A stretch of DNA of 64,000 bases, taken from positions 340,045-404,044 of the forward strand of contig CAWJDP010000001.1 of NCBI GenBank assembly GCA_963841715.1. Reading direction: 5' to 3'. The translations under genes and the position numbers were made by a program. This DNA is from an uncultured Thermoleophilia bacterium (GTDB lineage: Bacteria; Actinomycetota; Thermoleophilia; Solirubrobacterales; 70-9). Below the pieces are notes generated by a model. The model was not told where the DNA came from, ran no database searches, and saw nothing but the letters and a program-made list of their open reading frames with translations. Positions 26,121 to 34,837 of the stretch are shown here, one piece after another. Positions within the stretch are counted from its first letter, which is position 1; each line of letters begins with the position of its first letter.

Positions 26121-27671
26121 CTAGGACCTCGCCGGAAGCTCGATCCTGAACACGGCGCCGCCGTCGGGCGCATTGCCGGCGTGCGCCTCGCCGCCGTGCG
26201 CGGAGACGATCGCGGCGACGATCGCGAGCCCGAGCCCGGCGCTGCGGCCGTCGCGGTTGCGAGAGTTGCCCTGGCGCCAGAAGCGTTCGAAGACCTGGTC
26301 GCCGATCCCGCTGGGCAGACCGGGCCCGTGATCGCGGACCGCGACCGTCACGCCGCCGTTCGCGCGCCCGACGGTGACCTCGACAGGTGTCCCAGTGGGC
26401 GTATGCGAGAGCGCATTCCGAAGCAGGTTCGTGATCACCTGGCGGAGTTGGTCGCCGTCGCCGAGCACGCTGCCGGGCTCCGCAACATCGAGCTCGATGT
26501 CGCGGTCCGGGGCGGCGGCGCGGGCGTCCTCGCACGCGTCCGCCGCCAGCGCCTCGAGGTAGACGGGCTCGCGGACCGGCTCGCGGACCTCGTCGAGACG
26601 CGCCAGCGTCAGGAGGTCGTCGACGAGCACGCCCATCCGCGCCGCCTCGTCCTCGATCCGCCGCATCGCAGTCGCGAGCCGCTCGGGGTTCTGAGCGGGG
26701 CCCAGCCGGAAGATTTCGGCGTAGCCGCGAATCGAGCTCAGCGGCGTGCGCAGCTCGTGCGAGGCGTCGGCGAGGAACTGTCGCAGCCGATCCTCGCTCG
26801 CCTGGCGCTCGCGGAACGCGCGCTCGATCTGGGCAAGCATCTTGTTCAGTGCCGAGCCGAGCCGGCCGACCTCGGTGCGCTCGTCGGTCGTTTCGACGCG
26901 GCGTGAGAGGTCCCCGGCGGCGATCGCGTTCGCCGTCGCCTCCATGCGCGCGAGCGGCCGCAGGCCGACCCGGATCACCCACCACGCGACCGCCGCGAGC
27001 GCGGCGAGGACTGCGGCGCTGACGATCAGCTCGATCACGCGCAGGTGGCTGAGCGTCTGGTTGAAGTCGCGCAGGGGCACTGCCGCGATCACGGTGCCCG
27101 AGTCGACGGGGCTCTGGACCGCGATCGCACGGTAGTCGCTGCCGGACCCCGAGCTCGGAACGTCGAACGCGTGGCGACCCTTCGTCGGGCCCGAGATCGG
27201 CACGTTCGGGGGAATCCTGGGCCTGCCGAGGCCGCTCTCGCCGTAGGAGAAGAGGACGTGCCCCTTCACCTTGCCGTTTGCATTGCGGAGCTCGCCGTAG
27301 GTGCCCGGCGGAAGCTGGGGCTCGGGTCCGGCGCCAGCATCCGGCTCCGTCCGCGCATCGCCCGCCGTGCCGCCTTGCGCGCCCCGGCCCTCCGCGCCGG
27401 GCGGCGGCGGAAGGCCCGCCCCGCTCGACCCCGCGGGCGGGCTCGGCGTTCCCGGCGGGAGCTCGCTTCCCGATGGCGGCGGTGGCAGGTTGCCGTGCCC
27501 GGTGAACAGCGCCCGGCCGACCGGGGCGACCGCCGCCTCGACCTGCTGGTCGCTGCGGGCGGAGAGGTAGGAGCGAAGGGCGCTGTACGAGACGACGTCG
27601 AGGATCACGAGACCGACCGCCGCCAGGCCCAGCAGCCCCAGCAGCAGCCGCGTCCGGAGTGACAGCGTCAT
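26121..27671 (-). CDS. Sensor histidine kinase (HAMP-HisKA-HATPase)
   Basis: Two TM segments flank a Pro/Gly-rich sensor loop. H-box is HELRTPLSSIRGY. N, G1 and G2 boxes are present (GLGLAIV). The ATG overlaps the response-regulator stop. Confidence 0.92.
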   Translation of the reverse strand: MTLSLRTRLLLGLLGLAAVGLVILDVVSYSALRSYLSARSDQQVEAAVAPVGRALFTGHGNLPPPPSGSELPPGTPSPPAGSSGAGLPPPPGAEGRGAQGGTAGDARTEPDAGAGPEPQLPPGTYGELRNANGKVKGHVLFSYGESGLGRPRIPPNVPISGPTKGRHAFDVPSSGSGSDYRAIAVQSPVDSGTVIAAVPLRDFNQTLSHLRVIELIVSAAVLAALAAVAWWVIRVGLRPLARMEATANAIAAGDLSRRVETTDERTEVGRLGSALNKMLAQIERAFRERQASEDRLRQFLADASHELRTPLSSIRGYAEIFRLGPAQNPERLATAMRRIEDEAARMGVLVDDLLTLARLDEVREPVREPVYLEALAADACEDARAAAPDRDIELDVAEPGSVLGDGDQLRQVITNLLRNALSHTPTGTPVEVTVGRANGGVTVAVRDHGPGLPSGIGDQVFERFWRQGNSRNRDGRSAGLGLAIVAAIVSAHGGEAHAGNAPDGGAVFRIELPARS

Positions 27672-28378
27672 TTCGGTGCGCGAAGGCTGTATCCGACCCC
27701 GCGCACGGTGTGGATCAGCGGCGCGTGCCCGTTGTCGACCTTCTTGCGCAGGTAGCTGATGTAGGTCTCGAGCACGCGCGCGTCGCCTCTGAAGTCGTAC
27801 TCCCAGACCTGGTCGAGGATCTGTGAGCGGCTGAGCACCCGGCGGGGATTGAGCATCAGGTAGCGGAGGAGTCGGAACTCTGTGTCGGTGAGCTCGATCG
27901 CGTCCTCGCCGCGGAACACCTCGCGCGTGTCCTCGTCGAGCTCGAGATCCTCGAGCCGCAGCCGCCCCTCGTTCTTCGCCGCGCCAGCGCGGCGAAGAAT
28001 CGTCCTGATCCGGGCGACCAGCTCCTCGACGCTGAACGGCTTCGTCACGTAGTCGTCGCCGCCGAGCGTGAGGCCGCGGATCTTGTCCTCGGTCGTATCG
28101 CGGGCGGTCAGGAACAGGATCGGGACCTCCTGCCTGCGGGCGGCGAGCCGCCGCGCGACGTCGAACCCATCGAGGTCGGGCAGCATCACGTCAAGGACGA
28201 TGATGTGGGGGCGGAAGGAGTCGAACTCCTCCAGCGCTCCCTTGCCGGTACCCGCGGTGCGGACCTCGAAGCCTTCGTAGCGCAGCGCGATCGAGACGAG
28301 GTCGGCGATGTTCTCCTCGTCGTCGACGACGAGCACGCGCAGGGCGTCGGCGGGCGTTGGCTTGCCGTCGTTGTTCAT
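27668..28378 (-). CDS. OmpR/PhoB-family response regulator
   Basis: Start is ATG 28378 (MNNDGKPTPADALRVLVVDDEENI...). Receiver domain plus winged helix (YISYLRKKV, IHTVRGVGY). The longer ORF start at 28504 adds an Arg-run of non-coding character. Confidence 0.9.
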   Translation of the reverse strand: MNNDGKPTPADALRVLVVDDEENIADLVSIALRYEGFEVRTAGTGKGALEEFDSFRPHIIVLDVMLPDLDGFDVARRLAARRQEVPILFLTARDTTEDKIRGLTLGGDDYVTKPFSVEELVARIRTILRRAGAAKNEGRLRLEDLELDEDTREVFRGEDAIELTDTEFRLLRYLMLNPRRVLSRSQILDQVWEYDFRGDARVLETYISYLRKKVDNGHAPLIHTVRGVGYSLRAPK

Positions 28379-28434
28379 CCGCCCGCGGATCTTGCCGCAG
28401 AAAGCTGAGAGATTCTTGAGAAGTTCCTGGGAGC

Positions 28435-28745
28435 TCAGTGGCGCGGTGCGACGAGCCACGCGACGGCGGCGACGCCGGCGGCGAGTGTCGCCCACCGCAA
28501 CCACGGCCGATCGCGGCCCAACTCGCCCCGAGCAGCGCGCCTGCGAGCACGAAGGTGGCGCTCCACAGCGCGCAGCCGGCCACGGTCAGGGCGATGAACC
28601 GCCACACGCCGACCTCGTAGCGCCCTGCCGGAACCGAGATGAACGTGCGCACGAGCGGGAGCAGGCGCGCGATCAGCACCGCCCACTCGCCGTTGTGCTC
28701 GAACAGGCTTGCGCAGCGTTGCTCGATCCCGGCGCCGGCCCATCG
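28435..28745 (-). pseudogene. DedA-family membrane protein remnant (C-terminal ~100 codons, probably frameshifted)
   Basis: The - strand reads FEHNGEWAVLIARLLPLVRTFISVPAGRYEVGVWRFIALTVAGCALWSATFVLAGALLGASW, which is the DedA C-terminal half. The N-terminal half is absent, because the MFS gene starts 72 nt away. The natural-looking C-terminus (WATLAAGVAAVAWLVAPRH-stop at 28435) is in another frame. Confidence 0.45.
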
Positions 28746-28802
28746 TCACGACCGCCACCGATCTCGGGGCCCGACGAGGCGGGCCATCCGAAAGCCAGCC
28801 AC

Positions 28803-28808
28803 TAGGGT
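28803..28808 (+). promoter_or_regulatory. Possible -10 box (TAGGGT) 8 nt before the MFS start codon (leaderless type)
   Basis: actagggt-gaccgacg-ATG. No SD is present. Confidence 0.35.
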
Positions 28809-28816
28809 GACCGACG

Positions 28817-30460
28817 ATGGCCGGGCACGAGGTCGGTTCACGCGCCAGGACGGTGACGCTCGTTGCGATGACTCTGTCGGCGAGCATGATCCTCGTCGAC
28901 CAGACGGCGATCCCGCTCGCGCTCCCGGACGTAGTCGAGGGGCTGAACGCCGGCTCTGATCTCGCGCAGTGGGTCCTGACGGCGAACGTGCTCCCGCTGG
29001 CGGCGCTGATGGTGTTCGGTGGCCGGCTCGGCGACCTGATCGGGCTGCGGAGAGTGTTCCTCGCCGGCGCGATCCTGTTCATCGTCTCCTCGGCGCTCGC
29101 CGGCGCGGCCCAGAGCATCGACTGGCTGATCGCGGTCCGCGCGAGCCAGGGTGCGGGGGCGGCGCTGATGATGCCGACCTCGATCGCGATCGTCAGCAAC
29201 GTCTTCCCCGAGTCCGAGCGCGGCCGTGCGCTCGGGATCATGGCCGGCTCGTCGGCTTTCTTCGCCGCCGCGGGGCCGATCATCGGCGGGACGCTGACCC
29301 AGGTGATCGATTGGCGCGCGGTGTTCTACGTCAACGTGCCGCTGGCGGCCGGCGCGATCCTGCTGACGCTCTCGGCGACGCCCGACCTGCGCCCCGGCAA
29401 GGGGGAACGGCGGCCGATTGACTACGCGGGCACAGCGCTGTTCGCGATCTCGATGGCGGGAATCGTTCTCGGGCTCGGACAGGGCCAGGACCTCGGCTGG
29501 GCCTCGCCGGCGACGCTGGTCCCGCTCGCGATCGGGGTCGCCGCGCTGCCCGTCTTCGTGCTTGTCGAGCGCCGGACGAAGAACCCGCTCGTCGACTTCG
29601 GGCTCCTGCGCCATCTCAACTTCCTTGCCGCGAACCTGAGCCAGGGACTCGCGGGCGCGATCGAGCTCGGGCTGGGGTTCCTGCTGCCGAGCTTCCTGCT
29701 GCTCGTGATCGGCTTCGATCCGTTCACCGCCGGAATCGCGCTGATCCCCGCGACGGTCCCGGTGATCCTGTTCGGCCCGCTCGCGGGGCGCCTGTTCGAC
29801 CGCGTCGGCGGCCGGATCCCGCTCGCCGGCGCCTACGCGATCCTCACCGCGGCGGGCGTCGCGCTCTTCCTCGGAGCCGAGAAGGAGACGTACAGCGCGC
29901 TCGTCCCCGGCCTGCTGCTGTACGGAATCGGGCTCGGGATCGTGCTCACGGTCAACGACCCGACGGGGCTGAACTCGGTCCCCTCGCACGACCAGGGCGA
30001 GGCCGCGGGGATGATCAACACGAGCGAGCAGCTCGGGGGCGCGTTCGGGATCGTGACCCTTTCCGCGATCGCGCACAGCTACTACCACAACGCGGTCCAG
30101 AGCAAGCTGGAGGCGCACGGCATCCACACCACCCAAGCCCAGGCCGAGAGGTTCAGGGAGTTCATCGCCGAAGCGCAGCAGACCGGCCTGCGCCACGCAC
30201 ACATTCCCCCAAACGTGGCGAAGATCCTTCCCGACGCCGGGGTGGCGTTCACGGACGCGTTCCAGCTCGTGTTCGTCGTCGTCGCGGCGCTGTCGCTGAC
30301 CGGGGCGATCTTGAGCTTCGTGCTGATCCGCCAGGAGGACCGTGTCGAGCGCGGCGCGATCTTCAGCCGCCGCTCGCGCTGGATCAAGGTCACGACTGGC
30401 CGCGGGCCGGCGGTAACGCGCCAACCGCCGGTGGTCGAGCACCTCGGCCAGAAGGGCTAG
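28817..30460 (+). CDS. MFS transporter, 14-span drug/H+ antiporter (DHA2/EmrB-QacA-like)
   Basis: 547 aa with about 14 hydrophobic spans. Motif-A-like GGRLGDLIGLRRVF lies after TM2. Has a long cytoplasmic C-terminal tail. Confidence 0.85.
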   Translation: MAGHEVGSRARTVTLVAMTLSASMILVDQTAIPLALPDVVEGLNAGSDLAQWVLTANVLPLAALMVFGGRLGDLIGLRRVFLAGAILFIVSSALAGAAQSIDWLIAVRASQGAGAALMMPTSIAIVSNVFPESERGRALGIMAGSSAFFAAAGPIIGGTLTQVIDWRAVFYVNVPLAAGAILLTLSATPDLRPGKGERRPIDYAGTALFAISMAGIVLGLGQGQDLGWASPATLVPLAIGVAALPVFVLVERRTKNPLVDFGLLRHLNFLAANLSQGLAGAIELGLGFLLPSFLLLVIGFDPFTAGIALIPATVPVILFGPLAGRLFDRVGGRIPLAGAYAILTAAGVALFLGAEKETYSALVPGLLLYGIGLGIVLTVNDPTGLNSVPSHDQGEAAGMINTSEQLGGAFGIVTLSAIAHSYYHNAVQSKLEAHGIHTTQAQAERFREFIAEAQQTGLRHAHIPPNVAKILPDAGVAFTDAFQLVFVVVAALSLTGAILSFVLIRQEDRVERGAIFSRRSRWIKVTTGRGPAVTRQPPVVEHLGQKG

Positions 30461-30464
30461 ATGC

Positions 30465-31193
30465 CTACCCGATCGCGTGGGCGCTGATCACGCATCTACC
30501 GCTGGCCGGATTGAGAGAGACGGCCGCGATGCCGGTCGCCGACGCGTTTTCGTTGTCGAGGATTGCGAAGCTGGCGATCTGCCCGAGCCCCGTGTCCGAG
30601 CCCTTGATGACGATGAAGTCGGCCGAGGCCGAATGCAGCGGCACCACTTGCTCGAGCCCGTTCGAGTCGTAGTTGACCAGAGTCGCCCCGTCGGACTGCA
30701 CCACCGGCTCTACGCCGCCCCTCAGCACCCCGCCCGATTCGGCCGAGCAGAAGGCGGCGATGGTGACGCGGCCGATCGTGAACAGATCCTGGCTCGCGGC
30801 GGAGCCGCCGACCGTATCGCTCAGCCGCGCCGTCTGCGCCTTGAAGAAATCGACTCCCTGAAGCGAGTCCGCCTTGACGCCGCTAAGGGTCGACTCGTCG
30901 ATGTCGGCGCCGGTCAGCGAGTTGTCGCCGACCTTGCCGCCGTTGACCGCGTCGGCTCCGAGCTCTGCGGTCCCGACCGACGCGTCGCCGAGCTCGGCGC
31001 TGCCCACCGACCCGTCCTTGATCTTCGGCGCGCTGACGGCGTTCCTCTTGATGTTCTTCGCCTTGACGTCGTTCTTGCCGAGCTTGACGTGGACGGCGAG
31101 CGCCGCGCCACCCAGCGACACGAACAGAGCCGTCGCCGCGAGCGCGATCGCGATGCTCGACGATGACGGTCTGCGGCCGGTAATGCGGGCCAT
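30465..31193 (-). CDS. Hypothetical secreted/anchored protein with decapeptide repeats
   Basis: Strong SD (ggggaggag) and an N-terminal signal anchor (IAIALAATALFVSLGGAALAV). About five 10-aa repeats follow (DGSVGSAELG / DASVGTAELG / ADAVNGGKVG / DNSLTGADID / ESTLSGVKAD), then a ~130-aa beta-rich domain. Confidence 0.7.
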   Translation of the reverse strand: MARITGRRPSSSSIAIALAATALFVSLGGAALAVHVKLGKNDVKAKNIKRNAVSAPKIKDGSVGSAELGDASVGTAELGADAVNGGKVGDNSLTGADIDESTLSGVKADSLQGVDFFKAQTARLSDTVGGSAASQDLFTIGRVTIAAFCSAESGGVLRGGVEPVVQSDGATLVNYDSNGLEQVVPLHSASADFIVIKGSDTGLGQIASFAILDNENASATGIAAVSLNPASGRCVISAHAIG

Positions 31194-31235
31194 GGCGTCT
31201 CCTCCCCAGTTGGACCGGTTGGCCGCAGCGTAGCG

Positions 31236-31709
31236 CTACGCGCGGGCAGCCTTGCGCGCCGCGTCGAGCGCGGGCCGCGAGCGCTTCGGCAGCCGCCGCC
31301 GAACGCGCCACGTCGCGCCCGAGAAGGCGAGGTTGGCGACCTTGGCGAAGCCGCTCTCGTCCTCGCGCAGCGCCAGCAGCAGGTGCGCGATCCGGTCCCC
31401 GGACGGCAGCTCGCCGGGCTCGGCGATGCGCACGCACCAGCAGTCGGTGCGGTGGCCGCCGGGCCTGACCATGATCGCCCCCTGCTCGCCGACCAGCCAC
31501 ACGCCCAGCCTCCCGCGCTCGAGCGCGAGCCCGGTTCGCGCCATCAGCCCGCGCTCGTCGTGGTCCATGAGGTCGCCGAGCAGCCCGAGCGCCGTCCGCT
31601 CGGCGCGCTCGCCGGCGCGCGCCCCATACCGGCTCCCGCTCGGCACGACGGAGTTGGCGCCCCGGCGCGCGTAGAGCTCGGGGATCACCCAGCCGTGCGC
31701 GAAGCTCAT
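31236..31709 (-). CDS. Hypothetical protein; the coding signal continues upstream of this first ATG to 31898 and adds a hydrophobic hairpin
   Basis: 157-aa ORF from ATG 31709. The same frame stays open with high GC3 up to the in-frame TGA at 31899..31901 (…RRWTAWTLGIAVPFFAAGGFLLWLEPLTFPVAAM…). There is no ATG/GTG/TTG in that stretch. Confidence 0.6.
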   Translation of the reverse strand: MSFAHGWVIPELYARRGANSVVPSGSRYGARAGERAERTALGLLGDLMDHDERGLMARTGLALERGRLGVWLVGEQGAIMVRPGGHRTDCWCVRIAEPGELPSGDRIAHLLLALREDESGFAKVANLAFSGATWRVRRRLPKRSRPALDAARKAARA

Positions 31710-31898
31710 CGCCGCGACCGGGAACGTCAGCGGCTCGAGCCAGAGCAGAAAGCCGCCGGCGGCGAAGAACGGAACCGCGATCCCGAGCGTCCACGCCGTC
31801 CACCGGCGCCCGTCGCGGCGAAGCGTGCGCTCGGTCGTCTCCTCGCGCCACCAAAGGGCGCGGGCTTCGCTGATCCGAGCGGACTCGGCCCCCGCGGC

Positions 31899-32123
31899 TC
31901 AGCCCCCGGCGATCGGGCGCCTCAGCACCACGAGGTCGGCGTCGAGCGGCAGCTCGCGGACGACGTCGGCGGTGCCGTCGGCGCGGGGCGCGCTCGCCAG
32001 CATCCCGGAGTCGAGCTCGCGGCGGAAGGCCTCGATCGCCTCGCGCTCCGCGGCCGCGTCCCCGGCGGTCCACTCCGCGAGCGTCGTATGGCCGGTGCGG
32101 TCCAATCTGACTAGGCGGGACAT
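31899..32123 (-). CDS. Small hypothetical protein (74 aa)
   Basis: ATG 32123 is preceded by aaggagg at ideal spacing. GC3 is high (MSRLVRLDRTGHTTLAEWTAGDAAAEREAIEAFRRELDSG...LVVLRRPIAGG). Divergent from leuS. Confidence 0.7.
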   Translation of the reverse strand: MSRLVRLDRTGHTTLAEWTAGDAAAEREAIEAFRRELDSGMLASAPRADGTADVVRELPLDADLVVLRRPIAGG

Positions 32124-32195
32124 GGTTCCTCCTTGGTCGCGGCCTCGGCTGACTATACGCCCACGGTCCGATACCGGATGCCTCCGCGCGCTCCA

Positions 32196-32201
32196 TAAAA
32201 T
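32196..32201 (+). promoter_or_regulatory. Possible -10 box (TAAAAT) exactly 7 nt before the leuS ATG (leaderless type)
   Basis: cataaaat-cagcgcc-ATG. No SD is present. Confidence 0.4.
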
Positions 32202-32208
32202 CAGCGCC

Positions 32209-34752
32209 ATGGCGGCCTACGACCACGCCGAGATCGAGCGCAGGTGGCAGCGCGTATGGGACAACGAGGAGACGTGGCGCGTCCCGAACCCGGGCGACGC
32301 CGACTTCGACCCCTCGAAGCCCAAGAGCTACGTGCTCGAGATGCTGCCGTACCCGTCGGGCGAGCCCCACATGGGGCACCTGAAGGTTTATTCGATCGGT
32401 GACGCAATCGCGCATTTCCGGCGCCGCAACGGTGTCGGCGTTATCCACCCGATGGGCTACGACGCGTTCGGGCTCCCGGCCGAGAACCACGCGATCAAGA
32501 CCGGCGAGCATCCGCGCGTCTCAACCGAGCGCTCGATCGCCGAGTTCCGCGGGCAGTTCCGCTCCTGGGGCGTGTCGATCGACTGGTCGCGCGAGCTCGG
32601 GACGCACGAGCCCGAGTACTACCGCTGGACGCAGTGGATATTCCTGCAGCTGTTCGAGCGCGGGCTCGCCTACCGCACCGAGGCTCCCGTCCAGTGGTGC
32701 CCGCAGGACGCGACCGTGCTCGCGAACGAGCAGGTGATCGACGGCCGCTGCGAGCGTTGCGGGCATCTGGTCGAGCAGCGGCTGCTCGAGCAATGGTTCT
32801 TCCGCATCACCGACTACGCCGAGCGCCTGCTCGCCGACTTCGAGCTGCTCGACTCGTGGCCCGAGCACGTGATCACGATGCAGCGCAACTGGATCGGGCG
32901 CTCGGAGGGTGCCGAGGCGACGTTCCGCTGCGAGGAGCTCGGGATCGACTTCCCCGTGTTCACGACCCGTCCCGACACGCTCTTCGGTGCGACCTTCTTC
33001 GTGCTCGCGCCCGAGCACCCTGAGATCGATCGCCTCGTGGCCGGCACCGACGCCGAGGGCCCGGTGCGCGAGTACGTGAACGAGGCGATCCGGCGCTCGG
33101 CCGAGGAGCGCGGGCTCGAGGAGCGGGAGAAGACGGGCGTGCCCCTCGGCCGCAGCGTGACGAACCCGGTCAACGGCGAGCAGATCCCGATGTTCGTCGC
33201 CGACTACGTGCTGATGGAGTACGGCACCGGGGCGATCATGGCGGTGCCGGCGCACGACCAGCGCGATTACGACTTCGCCGTCAAGCACGGACTCGAGATC
33301 CGAACCGTGGTCGAGTCTGCCGACGGCGAGCTCCCCGAGGACGGCGCCTACGTCCAGCACACCGGGGACGAGGTCCTCGTCAACTCGGGCCCGTTCACCG
33401 GGATCTCGGCCGCCGATGCGATCGGGAAGATCATCGAGTGGCTCGAGGCCGAGGGCAACGGCCGCGCCGCGATCAATTACAGGCTCCGCGACTGGCTCGT
33501 CTCGCGCCAGCGCTACTGGGGGTGCCCGATCCCGATCGTCTACTGCGAGGGCTGCGGGATCGTCCCCGTGCCCGAGGACCAGCTGCCGGTCATCCTGCCC
33601 GACATAGACGACTACGCGCCGAAGGGAAAGAGCCCGCTCGCACAGGTAACCGACTGGGTCGAGACCGAGTGCCCGAGGTGCGGCGGCGCGGCGCGCCGCG
33701 AGACGGACACCATGGACACGTTCGTGGACTCGTCGTGGTACTTCCTGCGCTACCTCGACCCCCGCAACGATCAGGCCGCGTTCCGCCGCGAGGTCGCCGA
33801 CCACTGGATGCCCGTCGACCAGTACATCGGCGGCGTCGAGCACGCGATCCTGCACCTGATGTATGCGCGCTTCTTCACCAAGGCGCTCGCCGACGTCGGC
33901 GCGCTCGAGGCGCAGGAGCCGTTCGCGAACCTGTTCACGCAGGGGATGGTGCTCCGCGACGGAGCGAAGATGTCGAAGTCAAAGGGCAACGTCGTCAGCC
34001 CCGCGGACTACGTCGAGCGCTTCGGCGCCGACACGGCCCGGACCTACATCTGCTTCATGGGCCCGCCCGACAAGGACGCCGACTGGGCCGACGAGGGGGT
34101 CGAGGGGGTGCACCGGTTCCTGGCCCGGATCTGGCGCCTCGCCGAGGAGGTCGGCGAGCGCGGTGCGTCCTCGGACGGAGACGGCTCACGGGGGGCTCCG
34201 CCCCCCTCGGCGCCGGCTTCGCCGGCGCCTCCCCCTGAGTCGAAGGAGGACCCCGCGCGGCTGCTGCTCGCGAAGTCGCACTGGGCGATCGAGAAGGTGA
34301 CCCGCGACCTCGGCGAGCGCTTCCAGCTCAACACCGCCGTCGCCGCGGTGATGGAGCTCGTCAACGACGCCTACCGGCTCAAGGACGGGCTGTTCGGCGA
34401 CGCGGTCGGGGAGCACGCGGTGCGGTTCGCGACCGCGACCGCCGCATCGCTCGTGTTCCCGTTCGCGCCGCACCTCGGCGCCGAGGTCTACGAGCGACTC
34501 ACGGGTCGCCGCGTGTGGGAGGAGCCGTGGCCGGTGGCCGACCCCGAGCTGCTCGAACGCGACACGTTCACGCTCGTAGTCCAGGTCAACGGCAAGCTCC
34601 GCGACCAGGTCCAGGCCGCGGTCGGAGCCGGGGAGGACGAGCTGCTGAAGCTCGCCCGCGAGAGCGATCGGGTCCGGCAGCACACCGACGGTAAGCAGCT
34701 CGTCAAGGAGGTCGTCGTGCCGGGCAAGCTCGTCAACCTCGTCGTCCGCTAG
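32209..34752 (+). CDS. leuS: Leucine--tRNA ligase
   Basis: Start is ATG 32209 (MAAYDHAEIERRWQRVWD). HIGH-type motif PYPSGEPHMGH, CP1 editing domain and KMSKS (GAKMSKSKGN). A low-complexity insert (SDGDGSRGAPPPSAPASPAPPPES) precedes the anticodon-binding domain. Confidence 0.96.
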   Translation: MAAYDHAEIERRWQRVWDNEETWRVPNPGDADFDPSKPKSYVLEMLPYPSGEPHMGHLKVYSIGDAIAHFRRRNGVGVIHPMGYDAFGLPAENHAIKTGEHPRVSTERSIAEFRGQFRSWGVSIDWSRELGTHEPEYYRWTQWIFLQLFERGLAYRTEAPVQWCPQDATVLANEQVIDGRCERCGHLVEQRLLEQWFFRITDYAERLLADFELLDSWPEHVITMQRNWIGRSEGAEATFRCEELGIDFPVFTTRPDTLFGATFFVLAPEHPEIDRLVAGTDAEGPVREYVNEAIRRSAEERGLEEREKTGVPLGRSVTNPVNGEQIPMFVADYVLMEYGTGAIMAVPAHDQRDYDFAVKHGLEIRTVVESADGELPEDGAYVQHTGDEVLVNSGPFTGISAADAIGKIIEWLEAEGNGRAAINYRLRDWLVSRQRYWGCPIPIVYCEGCGIVPVPEDQLPVILPDIDDYAPKGKSPLAQVTDWVETECPRCGGAARRETDTMDTFVDSSWYFLRYLDPRNDQAAFRREVADHWMPVDQYIGGVEHAILHLMYARFFTKALADVGALEAQEPFANLFTQGMVLRDGAKMSKSKGNVVSPADYVERFGADTARTYICFMGPPDKDADWADEGVEGVHRFLARIWRLAEEVGERGASSDGDGSRGAPPPSAPASPAPPPESKEDPARLLLAKSHWAIEKVTRDLGERFQLNTAVAAVMELVNDAYRLKDGLFGDAVGEHAVRFATATAASLVFPFAPHLGAEVYERLTGRRVWEEPWPVADPELLERDTFTLVVQVNGKLRDQVQAAVGAGEDELLKLARESDRVRQHTDGKQLVKEVVVPGKLVNLVVR

Positions 34753-34837
34753 CTGCCCGCGGGCGTTTCCGCGCTCGTGCAGGGGCGTTTCGCGGCGGGT
34801 GGCGCGTGCGATTCGCGTCTGCTACAAAGCCCGCGGA

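Noticed and set aside
31860-31901. Selenocysteine insertion at the in-frame TGA 31899-31901.
   Set aside because: Nested GC stems follow the TGA, but similar stems are common at this GC content. I see no Sec machinery in the window, and the flanking sequence gives no hint of a redox motif. It is kept only as a low-probability alternative in the corresponding finding.
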